NCBI GenBank assembly: GCA_973895155.1 | Contig: OZ316891.1 | Span: 1,789,324 to 1,853,323, forward strand | Length of the DNA stretch: 64,000 nt | From: Marsupella aquatica | Lineage: Eukaryota; Plantae; Marchantiophyta | Reading direction: 5' to 3' | In this document: positions 47,863-60,749 of the stretch, in pieces | Layout of the letters: every line of letters begins with the position of its first letter | Numbering within the stretch: the stretch's first letter is position 1 | Made by a program: the position numbers and the translations under genes | Notes under the pieces: model-generated | What the model was told of the DNA's origin: nothing | Seen by the model: the letters and a program-made list of their open reading frames with translations, nothing else | Database searches by the model: none

Positions 47863-50800
47863 AAAACACCTTAGTTTAGTCAAAAGTGAGTTGCAATACA
47901 AGGATTCCCAAGATCTTTAATTTAGTGTTTTCGGCTCTAACATGATCATTGACCAAACTAGAAGGCCTACTCCTTTTCATCAATCCAATTTGAGCCATGA
48001 GCGATATTCATCAAAGGCAGACAGTTAATTGTATTCAATTCAATAGCAAACAGGACCGATGACAGATTGACCTTATCAGTATCTGGATAGTGAGACACTT
48101 AGTTATCTCAGATTGTCAAAGATACAGTGTCATAACAAGCGACGAAAAATGGGTACGCGAATTGATCAGAGATCATCTCAGGCACTATCGTTTGTGTTCA
48201 TACCGACCCTCAAACCATACATGAGTGTCGGCTCTAACTACTCATATTTAACCATATATACTCTAAACCATAATTTGGTTTGGCAGCTTACAACAAGCAG
48301 AGTGGGAGCAGTTCTCTAGCGGTCATCTATACAAGATGCAAGGCTACGGATGCAAATTAAACTAGATCCTGCAGAGCTTCTCGTCGCTGCCCAATAGGGC
48401 CGTCCTCTTGAGTTTGCTATACATCTCGTGAGCCTGCTCGTGAGCCTGCTTGTGACAGCTGAGAAGCTCAAGATCGACAAAGCTGTGGAATTCCTAACCC
48501 AAGCGTTCGTGTATAAGTCCCAGTATTAGTTGGACGGTCTAGAGGCAGACTCCGTTATGGACTTGTGGCATTGTGCACATTTATACCGGATCGATCACAG
48601 ATCGGCGTTGAGAGCCAGGTACTTGAGGAGTCCTGCCAACTTTGTCTAAATGTGTCCACTTCGTTTTAACTTTTTCTGTACATCTGCTCACGCGCTTCCA
48701 TTCTCCACGTACTGTACAAACTGCTCAAAATGTTTGTGTGCTAAACCCGTCAAGTTTACAAGTTTGATACGGTACTCTTTGAAGGTAGACTCTCTTCACC
48801 GTCAAGAAATTGTTGCACCTCGTTTTCGGCGCACTCATGGAGTCTCTCCAGAAAGGCTTCTGCCTCCGCTTGCGAGTACTCCAACATTTGATCATGATCA
48901 GGTAGGTAGTAGCGATGTGCATACGTCCACTTCAGAACTTGTCGACACTCAACGATCTGCAGCCATGCTTTACTCAAGAATTCCAATTCGGACTTAGTTT
49001 GGCATTGCTTGTCGTAGAGCTTGTCGACCATCACGGACTGCACGTGCTGAAGATCTTCATGGGCTTTTCTCCTCGAAGATTCATTCGCAACCCAGCGTTC
49101 ATAGAAATGCGTGTAACGGTCTAGCGAGTCTTTAGCCATTTTTCTTCTGTTTTGTACTTCATCAAGCAGACCCTGTTTCACGGCATCGTCATATCCATTA
49201 CATCCGTAGTTTCCTCCCGACTCCTCATTGTGAGTGGTCCAAGCTCCAAGACAGAGCCAGCAGAATTCGAACCTGCAGGGTGCCTGGCAGGTCATATGGA
49301 TGCACCCGTTATTTTTTTCTATTGGTCGCTTACACTTGGGACAAGCCTTGGAGTTGACCAGAATCCAGTTCATGTTTTCGGATTCTGAACTAAATCTCAG
49401 AACCCACTTTGCAACAGTCTCACAATCTGCAGGCCGGTGAGCCTCCTGCAAACAATTCCAGCAAAACTTGTGGGAACACTTGCACAGAATGGACAAAGAG
49501 CTAGCTTGTTGCTCACACTCCACTGCATACTCGCACCCCGGAGCCGGACACCACTTGGTCGTCTTCCTGTTTTCCACGAACGCTCTCAGCCGGTATCTTG
49601 AATACTTGGCTCCGTCCTTTGGTGAGACCAACGATAGAACCATGTCTTCCAATATAGCAGCGCTGCAGGATGGATGAGTGCAGCGAAGAGTCAAACAGCC
49701 TGGGCCGTCTTCAATGGCGGTGTGGATGTATGCAGTCCAGCATGTGTCGCAGAAGAAATGTCTACACGACGATGCCGACTTCATTTGCTCTGAATCGTGC
49801 GACTCGTAGCAGATTTCGCATGTCCTGTCTGGAAGAGATCTCTTTTCCTCTTCCTGTTGTGGATGGGATTGGACAAGCCCTGCAATTTTGCGAACTCGCT
49901 CCTCATCTTCAAACCATTCCTCATTCACTTTGCTGGAGTTCCAATTGAAGTGGTGCAAAAGAACAACAGCTTCAGGCCTCGAGAGTGATATGACAGTGGT
50001 GACCCTGGAAACCACGTCTTCTTGGCGCTGCTGGATGTCCTCCTGACTTAGAATTTCATAGTCTGAGTGCTCATTGCTCTCGTCAATCTCGACTTGTTGG
50101 TCACACTCATCATCTGCATCGTCTTCACTGTCATAGTAGACGTTGTCTTCTCCATCCGATGCCCAATCCAGAGGATCCTCCATTTGCTGAGAAGGATAAG
50201 TGCCCTAAGCCTGGCGCTTGACAACAACAATGCACGAGAAGTTGATAAATTCTCAGCGAAGGAAGAATCTTCAACAGCTTGAACGCTCGATCAGCGAAGG
50301 ATTCCCGATTGCTATTTCAAGTTTTGACGGGCTTGCTTGGCTTAAATAGGCTTCGTAAGGACCCAAACTCCAGCAGGATACGAGTGTCTGAGGGACCAAC
50401 GAATGACATGCAAGATGAGTTGAGTGCAAATAAGGATTGGCCACTATAGTTGTGAGTGCCTAGCCACACATAACAAGTGACAGCGCTTTAATAAGGAACA
50501 GAGGATTTTCAGGAACAGAGGATGACGAATGACTATATAGCAGCTAATGAATATGTTGAGGAACTCAGGGATCGGCCGATTGTAGTTACGTATGACCAGC
50601 TACCAGCGCTGAAGTAAGCAACAGCTAGACCATCTGGAAAAAATCCTTATGTTTTGATAATTGGTGTCGTGGGGTTAATTATGGCAATTTATTCTTAGCT
50701 AAGATGAGAAGCTCCGTGACTATGGTGGACCCTAAACCGTGAACCCCAAATGAAGTGGACAACGCAGTCTAATGAAACACCTGCTTTGAGATGGCCGGGA

Positions 50801-51045
50801 AACTGAACTAAAACGTGTATTGAGATCAAATCCATTGTGGTGGTCGTGATTGTTGGGATCCTGGTTGGGATGGAGATGGGATGGAAATAACAAGGTAGTG
50901 ATCGACGTTACAGTTGACAATATATCGTGAGGGGAAGGAACGTACCGTCCAACCCGTTGCAGGCTGATCTGAAGCAAAAGTATTCAAACACAATTCTCCA
51001 CATGTCTCACAGAAATTAAATGTGCCCGGACTACTTCGTTTTTGC
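47863..51045 (-). repeat. Right arm of about 3.2-kb inverted duplication containing ARI copy 3
   Basis: Reverse complement of 25574-28758. Confidence 0.92.
48756..50183 (-). CDS. ARI: ARIADNE-like RBR E3 ligase, intronless copy 3 (4-bp deletion truncates the end of the Ariadne domain)
   Basis: 475-aa ORF almost identical to copy 2. CAAA is missing near 48790; the ancestral stop is at 48688-48690. Confidence 0.86.
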   Translation of the reverse strand: MEDPLDWASDGEDNVYYDSEDDADDECDQQVEIDESNEHSDYEILSQEDIQQRQEDVVSRVTTVISLSRPEAVVLLHHFNWNSSKVNEEWFEDEERVRKIAGLVQSHPQQEEEKRSLPDRTCEICYESHDSEQMKSASSCRHFFCDTCWTAYIHTAIEDGPGCLTLRCTHPSCSAAILEDMVLSLVSPKDGAKYSRYRLRAFVENRKTTKWCPAPGCEYAVECEQQASSLSILCKCSHKFCWNCLQEAHRPADCETVAKWVLRFSSESENMNWILVNSKACPKCKRPIEKNNGCIHMTCQAPCRFEFCWLCLGAWTTHNEESGGNYGCNGYDDAVKQGLLDEVQNRRKMAKDSLDRYTHFYERWVANESSRRKAHEDLQHVQSVMVDKLYDKQCQTKSELEFLSKAWLQIVECRQVLKWTYAHRYYLPDHDQMLEYSQAEAEAFLERLHECAENEVQQFLDGEESLPSKSTVSNL

Positions 51046-51047
51046 GC

Positions 51048-51544
51048 TACCCCAATAAGTGATGTCTTCAGTTTTGGTGTGTTTTTGTTGGAACTCATTA
51101 GTGGCCGGGAGGCCATTTGCATGAATCGACCTCGCCCAGAGTGGAGCTTGGTGGAATGGGTACCCTCTTGTCTCCTCTTCGAAAAGAATGCTTGGTTTCA
51201 ACGCCGGCAACTGTTCAGACTAGCATCGCGTTTAGGATAATGGTGCATGTTGTAAATCTGATTAATTTTGCGATTGTGAATATGGTTGCAGGGGCGCTCT
51301 TTTGCAGGCAGGGAATTTGGGTGCTCTTGTTGATAGTACTCTGGGATCAAATTATATGGAATCTGCTATGCGAAAGGTCGTGGAGGTTGGTTTCAAGTGT
51401 GTGGAAGCAACAGGGTGGAAAAGACCGGATATGACTGAAGTAGTTGCTGACCTTGAATTTGCACTGGAGATGGAGAGGGGCCTTACTACCGGTGGAGGTG
51501 ATGGAACAGCCACTGTGACCCTGGGCAGCGAGCTTTTCACCTAA
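51048..51544 (+). pseudogene. 3' fragment of a receptor-like (RLK/Pelle) protein kinase gene
   Basis: [20 protein letters not shown]...SLVEW (subdomain IX); probable intron 51160-51291 whose join is not cleanly in frame; KCVE..GWKRPDMTEVV (subdomain XI); tail GTATVTLGSELFT. The upstream kinase part is replaced by the ARI duplication arm. Confidence 0.82.
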
Positions 51545-52630
51545 GGCAGAGAGCATACTTAGTAGGTTAGTGAAGGTGAACAGCCTCCAATTTTTGGGAC
51601 TTAGAAGTATAGTTCTTGGGTTCTTCCATTCTGTCCACAATTGTTTTGATTGGACTCGTTTGGTTGGACAGTGTATAGATTACTTAACCCTTCAACTGAA
51701 TATTCCTTGGTGAAGGGGATGTTCGGCAGTTGAGCCTTTGAAGATTACTTCTGTAAACCCAACTGGTGGGCAGGAAAATTCATATGAAAACATCTGCAAA
51801 GCATATCATCTTCAGGTCTCTGATGTTCGCTATGCAATAACGCGAAGCATCAAGTTATGTGATGTCAAGAAGTGTCAGTAAGGGTTATTGCTGGAGTCTC
51901 TGTTTCATGGAGGTTTGATAAGGTTGTTTGAACCAATCGGGTACACTGACTTTTCCTTTCGTGCCGGTAAATGTTCCACGCCTTGTCTTACATCGAACCA
52001 GAGACCAGAGCAGAGTGTGATCTCCATTGTAACCTTTCCCTTCTTTTAGTCACTCCCAACACATTGTGACTCGTGTACTTCTTCTGGGAGTACGACATAA
52101 GCTGTAAGGCTCAGTCCCATGCGTTAGTACTGGAAATGCTTAGGTCACGAACAGCTGCAGCGATTGAACCGTCCTTCAAGACATTTTGTTCATTCCGCTA
52201 GAGTTATACGTGAGCTTCATCGTCCCGGGTAATATTCTTTTCAGATAATAGTGCACAGGTGTACTAAAACATAGCAGGTAAGACTTATCGCAACTTGAAA
52301 ACTACGAAGCGCACCTTCTGACCGGTACCAGTTTGGACAGGTTCTCTTCACATTTGAGTATCGTATTTATCATTCAAGTTCATCAATACCGTAACTCAAC
52401 TTTCAACGGGCATGGTCCGAGATCCATGGAGTAGGGCCCAAACCTCGGCATACTCTTGCAATTCCACACGAGCTTGAGTAAGCTCAGAGTCGTGGGCCAT
52501 CAGAAAATATAAATCGCAGTAAATGGATTCAGTAATGAACCAGGTGCTTTACATGGTGGGCCATCAGGAATACAAGAAACGCATTATCTCTGCAGCAGAT
52601 GTCGTCTGGTCCGCCCTTGCCAAACAGGGC

Positions 52631-52929
52631 GCCACTTCTGTGTGATCGATGCCTATTCGTCTAAGTCTCTCTTCTCACGGGGCCATCGACCACATCATTC
52701 AGAAGGCCGTCTTTTACACTCTCGATCCCGAGTTTTCATACCCTGTAGTTCTTGTCATCCGGTGGTTCCATGATCGAAGAGCATGTAGTCTCGTATAATC
52801 ATTCGTCCTTGCTATTTCTCGGAGAAGTCATTGACCGTCAAGTGCTTACAGACTTTCTCCAGAATGCTCGACGAGAACTGCAATCTGTTGGCTCGTAAAA
52901 GGGGGTCTCAAAGCTTGAAAATTATGGAT
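52631..52929 (+). repeat. About 300-bp dispersed direct repeat (second copy at 63202-63500)
   Basis: GCCACTTCTGTGTGATC...GGGGTCTCAAAGCTTGAAAATTATGGAT is present at both sites with few substitutions. Confidence 0.9.
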
Positions 52930-53650
52930 GAGTGCATTTGGCCATAAAGAAATGGTCATAAATTTTTCACAAGATTTATGGAAAAGTTTTTTTGTTTGTT
53001 TTTACTTTCACAATCCTTTTATAGTGACTCATGGTAATGGCATAGGACCAATCCTTATTGCAAAAAGTTATGGACTACCAATTCTGTAGTCTGTAACATT
53101 TTGTGTCCCAAACCCAATACTAGGCACTTAAGGTCCATGAAGTTTTCAGCTTTGAGAAACCCAAATGTTCACCTTATAGAGCAGGTCAAAGTGCTTCCTG
53201 TGACAGATTTGGTGCCTTTCTGTCTTATGCGAGGTGGTTTTACTGTCACATGGTGATTTGGAATTAGGGTTTCTAAATGTATCAAGAGAGCAGCAGCATA
53301 ACCATAATGTAAAATAATGCACTGGTATGAAACCATCTAGGGAACAACATAGCCTCAACCAGGAGGTGTTGAAACAGGAACCCTAAACTTTAAACCTGGG
53401 GAAGTTTGCAGAAAAACATTTGGCCCGAAACTATCACTTTTGGTCACCAGTTAGGAGTGTGCGGACACACATTTCCATGTCTGCCACTTTTTCTGGCAAT
53501 TTGTCTTTGAAATTGAGCAGAGGAAGAAAGGAGATATTTGGGATGCCCTAGCTACTAGAGATCAGTCACTGACACCTAATTTGTTCTATCATGCTCCTAG
53601 GCATGTCGTCACTAGGGTTTACACTAGGCTTTTTACTTTTCAATTTTTGC

Positions 53651-53769
53651 TTTTTCTGGGCAAAACTGATGTGATTCACACATTAACTGGTATTCCCTCT
53701 TTGAAACTCATTGCTCTATTTTTCTGGGCAAAACTGATGTGACTCACACATTAACTGGTATTCCCTCTT
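53651..53769. repeat. About 50-bp direct repeat, 2 copies
   Basis: TTTTTCTGGGCAAAACTGATGTGA(T/C)TCACACATTAACTGGTATTCCCTCTT occurs twice. Confidence 0.8.
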
Positions 53770-54589
53770 AATTTGAATGAAAGCAAACACATTTTCTCAT
53801 TCTCTCTTCAGTGCAAGAGTTTTTTGTTGCTCTACTCAAGCACAGGTTATGGACCAGTTTAAGAATAATTATTGAGATGTCATACACTTTCATTGTTTCT
53901 TACTTGCTTTCTAGTCTATGTGATTTTCCTGTCAGTACATGATGGTCTTCCCTAGTTTTCTGCATCAGGATTTGTTTTGCATCACTTGATTGCTCTGGAA
54001 AGAGCAGCATGCATTGGGGACTGAGATGGGCAGTGTAGAGAGCCCCAACTAAGATAACTGGGGAGCATTCCTTGATGTCAATTTAAGGCATAGTGCCATG
54101 TTGCCATTAAACAAAGATAGGCCAAAAACCCAATCAATGGAGAACAGGGAAAACTAATTAAGGCCATTAACCCAAAAAACAAAACCAGGGGAGGAGCCCT
54201 GCACAAGAAAAACCACCTACGCAAACCCTACTCTAGCTACCTATCTGTAAACTGAAGAGCCTGGTAAAGCTCCTAAAGGCATACACTGTATAGGAGGGTC
54301 AAGCAACAGAATACAACTAGATGCCCAAAATCCAACAGCCTCTCCCCTCACATTTAGGTCTGAAAAGTAGTTAGAAGTGAGATTCTCTAGCAAAACTGAC
54401 GAGAATTTGGAAAGGGATTGGCTAATTTTGAAGTGCGTGACAGATTTTATAGGTTTGCACCTAGTTCAATGTGATCTAGACTATGAATCTGATTCCATTT
54501 TTACTCTATAATGAGCCATCCAGCCAATGGGGGCACAATTAGTTTTCTCAAAACTTGCTTCCATTGTGTACTTATTTCAATATAGAATC

Positions 54590-57500
54590 TGTTAGACTCT
54601 ACCTCTGACCGGACGACCGGACCAACCGGTCATCCGACCACCCTATATGTACTCACATTCCTGACTATACACGTACTCATTCTCATTCATACCTTGACAC
54701 GTTATCAGCACGAAAGCTCACTGAGCGGAGCAAAAGGAGAATCGAGAAGAAAACCTATGGCAAATTGAGTAACGATCGAGTAAGAAGAAATTAAAGAGAC
54801 CCAGCCAGAAGCATATGAAAATTAATAAGGCGGAAGCAGCAGAAATGCACTGATTCATAAGGACACCGAGAAGCGAAAAGATCGATGCGGATCAAGAACA
54901 CAATAAGGAGAAGCATGCTGAGAAGAAAATTGATCAGAACAGCATCGACAACTGAGAATTGAAAAGAGTCCAATCGAAATCACCTTCTGAAGAGAAAGAA
55001 TGGACGAGAGGCACTGTGAGGACCGATTCCTCAAGAAAATTATTGTGAGAAGAAAAAGAGGCAACGGGACCCATTCATCGAATCGAAACTGCAGCATATC
55101 GATCATAAGCAGTTAACGACCGGGGCAGCCAGGAGGCAGATTAACAAAGTAAAAGAGAAAACTTTAGAAGCAGAAACTGATCGAAGCCACAAACACAAAG
55201 AGACCACAAATCATTGCAGAGGCCGATTGGAATCTAAAGGATAAGCGCAAACCCCTGGAAACCTGATCGAACAACGGCAGCAAATAGAGGAAGAGAGCTC
55301 GAAGTTGAAGCGGAGGCACTGAGATTCGAAAGGGTGAGAGAGAGGCAGCCACCACCTCAATCCCCATAAGGACATAACACACACTATTGGAACCTGAGAA
55401 AAAAGCAAAACGATTAGAAGAGGAGGACAAAAACGAAAGAATCGAAGCAGTAAGAGTCATGGAAGGCCGGAGCTACAGCAAAGACCGCAGAGGAGCTTGG
55501 AAGGAGGTCGTTGAAATCGACAAATTTCGCAACAAAAATGTCAAAACGTCGATAAAACCTCGAAAACTGCCGCTAAGTGCAAGACCTCTTTAACTGCAAA
55601 ATCCGTCAAAGAGATTTCAATAACAAAGGAAAAGGTGCACTTAACCAAATAAGTGCACATAACCGCAAAAATTCCATAACTGCATTTCGTAACAAAGAAA
55701 ATTACCCTTACAAAGCCGCATGTGCACTTAACCAGGGCACGAGTAAATTACCACCCATAACTGCACAAACTGCAAAACTTCATTACTGCACAGTTTAACA
55801 AAGGAAAGAGCTAATACAAAGGAAACTTTGCAGTTAACCAAATACCAAGGAAAACCTAAATCCTAAGTGCAAACCCTAAAATCAAATTCCAGATTTGCAT
55901 GCTCTCTAAACCCAGCTTCACTTTGCATGCCGTAGAAATGTGCTTTGTCGTTTCTTACTATACTTACTAGTATATAAGCCTCAACTACCATTAAAAGGAA
56001 CCAAGCCATCACCCCGATGACCAACCTCGAGAAATTAACTTTCCCAGCCCTAGAAATCGATGGTAGCAACTACCTGGAATGGTCAATGAACCTCAGAGAG
56101 AACCTAACCTCGCTAACCCTACTCCCAGCTATAGGGATAGCTCAACCCATACTAGCTGGCGAACCCCAACCAGACCCGTTAACTAAAGCCAATGAATCCA
56201 AGGCTCTAGTATTCCTTAGACGCCACATCCATAGATTCTTGCAAAGACAATACATGCACCTCTCAACCCCTCGTGAACTATGGACAACGCTCCAGACCCG
56301 ATTCGACCACCAAAAACTGGTCAAACTACCTAAAGCCAGGCAAGACTGGCTGAACCTGCGGGTCCAGGACTTTACCTCTATTTCAGCCTACAATAGCGAA
56401 CTCTTTAGAATAACTTCAACCCTCGCACTCTGTGGCGAGCCAGTCACTGACAAGGATCTGCTAGAAAAGACTTTATCCATGTTTCACTCATCGAACGTGT
56501 TACTATCAACACAGTACCGAAACATGAAGTTTGGACAATACTCCGAGCTCATCGCCCACCTCCTAGTCACAGAAAGAAACCAAGAGCTTCTTTTAGTTAA
56601 CTCTAGAAAACGCCCTGTGGGCACAATGCCCTCAGGATCACATAGTGAAACCCATAATATCAAAAACACTGAACCCTCCACATCCAGGCAGGGCATTAAG
56701 CGTACTAGGAATGGCAACCGAAGAAACACCCACAACAGGGGGAGTTTCTATAACCAACGTCCACAATATAACTCCCAACGGACCTTTAGAGGACGTGGAG
56801 GACATGGTGGACGAGAAGGACATGGAGGACGCGGAGGACGAGGAGGACGTGGCGAACGTGGTGGACGTGGAGGACGCGGCGGTGGAAGAACATATAACAA
56901 CAACCGTAGAAACGATTGGTCACAACCCCGACAACAACGGGAACGCCCGAAATGCCATGAATGCAGCACGACAAATCACCTAGCGAGAAACTGTAGAATC
57001 CTGCAACACCTTAGAGAACTATACCAACGGTCCCTCAAGGATGGACAAACCTCTAGGGCACCACCCAGTAAAACTCACGGGGCGTTTATGGAGTCTAGCG
57101 ACCCATTCCAAGACTTTACAGATCCACCTATCCAACCCGAGGCATACTTAGTGGCAAGTAGCTCCACTACACCAGATTTAAATAGTCCAAGCACATGTAT
57201 TATTGACAGTGCGACCACGCATACTATCCTCCTGGATAGGCACCTTTTCCACAAGATTACACCCTCACGTAGGTCCCTCACCACTATCAACGGTCCTAGC
57301 CAAATAGAAGAGGGCTTTGGCCCAGCTTCTATTAGACTCCCGCAGGGGACCAAAATACACATAGAATCTGCTATTTTTGCCCCGAATGCAACTCGTAATC
57401 TCCTCAGTTTTAAGAGATATAGGAGAAAATGGACTACACGTCCAAACAGGCGATACAAGAGACCAAGAAGTCATCCACTTGGTTGAAAATACCCCTACGG

Positions 57501-59612
57501 GGAAAATCATTAAAGAAACACTTTTCTCGTATCCTTGCGGGTTTTATGTAACTCATATTGAATACCTGCATAACAATGCCAACACAAGCAAATTGCATGC
57601 GCTTTGGCATGCACGCCTCGGCCACCCCGGCCAATCAATGCTAACCAAAATCATTAAGAATTCAAGAGGCATTCCAATCAATACACGCCACATTCCAGCG
57701 AGCACCCCATGCACTGCATGCTCACGCGGCAAATTAATAACAAGGCCCACGGCATCAAAATTGCCAACTAAAATACCCCAATTCTTGGAAATCATCCATG
57801 CAGATGTTTGCGGGCCAATTAACCCTCCAAGCAGACCTTTCCGCTACTTTATGGTATTAATCGACGCATCAACTAAATGGTCAAATGTGACACTGCTTTC
57901 AACGAGGAACATGGTCATGCCTCGCATTTTGGCGCAAATCTTGCGCGTGAAAGCACAATTCCCAGATCACCCCATTAAGACACTAAGGGTGGACAATGCA
58001 GGGGAATTCACATCCGAAACATTTGACGACTTTTGCACATCACTTGGCATCGACGTACAATATCCTAGACCTCACGTGCATTTTCAGAATGGATTAGCTG
58101 AAGCGGTCATTAAACGCCTTCAGTTAATTGCACGCCCATTACTAATGCAGTCAAAACTCCCCATCTCAGCACGGGGACATGCCATATTACAGGCTAATGC
58201 ATTAATATAATATCGCCCATCGGCTTTTAATACCTATAGCCCATACCAAATTGCTAATGGTATTAAATCTGACCTATCCCACCTTCGTTCATTTGGATGT
58301 CAAGTAATGGTCCCCATTACTCCACCCAAACGAACCAAGATGGGACCCCAACGACAGTTGGGGATATACATCGGATTCGACTCTCCGTCCATAATCCGAT
58401 ATATGGAGCCTACAACTGGCGACGTCTTTAAATCTAGATTCCTAGATTGCCATTTTGATGAACACGTTTATCCATCATTAATAACCCCTAAACACCCACA
58501 ACCACCTTTGGAGTGGGAAAGACACTCGCCATTTTGGCAAGACCTTAGAACCAATCAAGGGAAGAAAGAAGTTCAACGAATTTTGCAACTCCACAAGATT
58601 GTGGAAGAACTTCCCGACGCTTTTATCGATACATTTGATCACAAGTTAGCTGTTCACATATTCCAGCTGCAAGAGCATCTGCTCGCATCGAATTATCAAG
58701 TGAGCCAGCAAGTACATCCCAGCCTCGTACCAAACGTGGCAGACCCTTAGGATCAAAGGATAAACAACCAAGAAGGCGTGATCTCGATCATCCAAATCTA
58801 CAACTCATGAATCATCTGAATGAATCATCCGAATCTAGATCATACCAAATCTACAAGTCATGAAGAGATCTCTATCCACTACGCACACACCGGTGCGATG
58901 TGGGATAGAAATACTACTTCAATAGATGATGCTTTTGCATTAATGGTCGCAACACACATCATCGACGAAACACCCGAACCAATATCTATCTTAGAATGCC
59001 AAAACAGACCAGATTGGCCTGAATGGCAAAAAGCTATAAACGGAGAATTAGATTTCCTACTAAGCAGACACACTTTTGGTCCAGTTGAACCAACACCGCA
59101 AGACGTACACCTCATTGGCTACAAGTGGACATTCGTCCGCAAAAGAAATGATAAAGGCCAAGTTGTACGCTACAAAGCACGTCTGGTAGGGAAAGGATTT
59201 ACCCAACAACCGGGAATTCATTATGATGAAACTTACTCACCGGTTATGGATAGCACAACATTCCGATACCTTATCGGATTTGCCATTTTCCACCAACTAC
59301 AGATGCGACAACTGGATGTTGCGACCGCATATCTATATGGAACTTTAGACACTTGTCTATACATGCGATCACCTCCCGAGTTGGAGCAACGTCGCCGAAC
59401 TTTAGCTCAAGGCGCTAAATCGCATATCCCATATTTACATAAGATTATAAAACAATTATCTCAAGTTACACCTCATGTGGCATCTACACATGTAACTCAT
59501 AATAACGACACCGCTGTGTCAACCGTACGGAATACCAACCGGTCATCCGACCACCCTATATGTACTTACATTCCTGACTATACACGTACTCATTCTCATT
59601 CATACCTTGACA
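54590..59612 (+). mobile_element. Ty1/copia element C, Bianca-like, 3' internal deletion
   Basis: 5' LTR 54590-54699 (TG..CA); PBS-like CGTTATCAGCACG 54700-54712; 3' LTR homology 59534-59612; TSD GAATC at 54585-54589 and 59613-59617. Confidence 0.92.
56017..59380 (+). pseudogene. Bianca-like gag-pol, frameshifted, RT truncated, RNase H missing
   Basis: MTNLEKLTFPALEIDGSNYLEW gag; CHECSTTNHLARNC knuckle; IIDSATTHT protease; LWHARLGHPG; IHADVCGP/RVDNAGEF integrase; RYKARLVGKGF RT ending at LYMRSPPEL before YVDD. Confidence 0.9.
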
Positions 59613-60155
59613 GAATCCAATAAAACACTAGAGGAGCTAGGCTTTCTTTTTGTTGTTGTAGATGATGTGGAGTATTATGTGCCTGTCCCCTCTCGTGCTT
59701 GGACTTAGTTGTTTAGGTTACCCAGTTATGGAGGCCTTCCCGGTCCTGCTTTGGCCTCGTACAGCTCTCTTTACAACTTTGTTTAGTGCAAGGTTTGCTC
59801 TCCCCTTTGTGCTTGCTTCCTCTCACCGGGGTTTACAGGAAATTATCTATAAATGTTTTCTAAAAAATTCATAAAATAAAATAAAACACTAAAGAGGCCC
59901 ATCAAGTACTTCCCAAGTCCTTTTCTCTAGGTCCAATTTGCCCTTGGGGGTTTCAGTTGCATAGAATAGGCACATCAAATGCGACCACGAGGAATATGGT
60001 ACTTTTATTTGTTTTAAGTGATGACTTGGCGATCTTTATTAGAATAGCACAAGTCCACCATAGATACGAGCTTCTTGTCCTTATGCAATCAGGTCACGTT
60101 CCCAGTTTCTCTTCTCGCCGGGGAGAGTTACAGCCTCCAGATCACAAGATGAAAT

Positions 60156-60237
60156 ACACTAATGAATTAAATATGATGTGCTTTGACTCGACACTAATGA
60201 ATTAAATATGATGTGCTTTGACTCGACACTAATGAAT
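60156..60237. repeat. 35-bp tandem repeat, 2.3 copies
   Basis: ACACTAATGAATTAAATATGATGTGCTTTGACTCG at 60156 and 60191, partial copy at 60226. Confidence 0.88.
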
Positions 60238-60749
60238 TTTAATCGTCTCGGACAAATTCTATCGCTGAGAATATATAATAATTCACGCCATCCTTATCAA
60301 GGGAAGTTCTAGAGGTTTTGATGAGCTACCGGTCACTTACTTTCAGCGCTGGTCGCTGGTCATATGTAAGTACAATTGCCCAATCCCTGAGTTCCTCATA
60401 ATTCATTAGTCATTAGTCATTAGTCGCTCTCCTTCGATCCTTCTTTCGGCACTGGTCCCTGGTCATGTGTAAGTATCTCACTACTGTATGGCGAATCCTT
60501 AGCTGCACTCAACTCATCTCGCATGTCATTCGTTGGTTGGTCGCTCACAAACGCGTATCCTCCTCGAGATTGGGTCCTTGCGTAGCCTATTTAAGGTCAC
60601 GCAAGCCTGTCAAAACTTCAAACAGCACTTGGGAATTCTTCAGTGATCGAGCCCTCAAGGTTGAAGTCATCCTTCGCTGGGAATTTATCTACTTCTCGTG
60701 CATTATTGTTGTCAAGCGCCAGGCTTAGGGTACTTATCCTTTTCAGCAA

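Noticed and set aside
25574-51045. The ARI inverted arms as giant TIRs of one transposon
   Set aside because: No TSD at the outer ends, and homology extends differently to copies 1 and 4, which fits segmental duplication.
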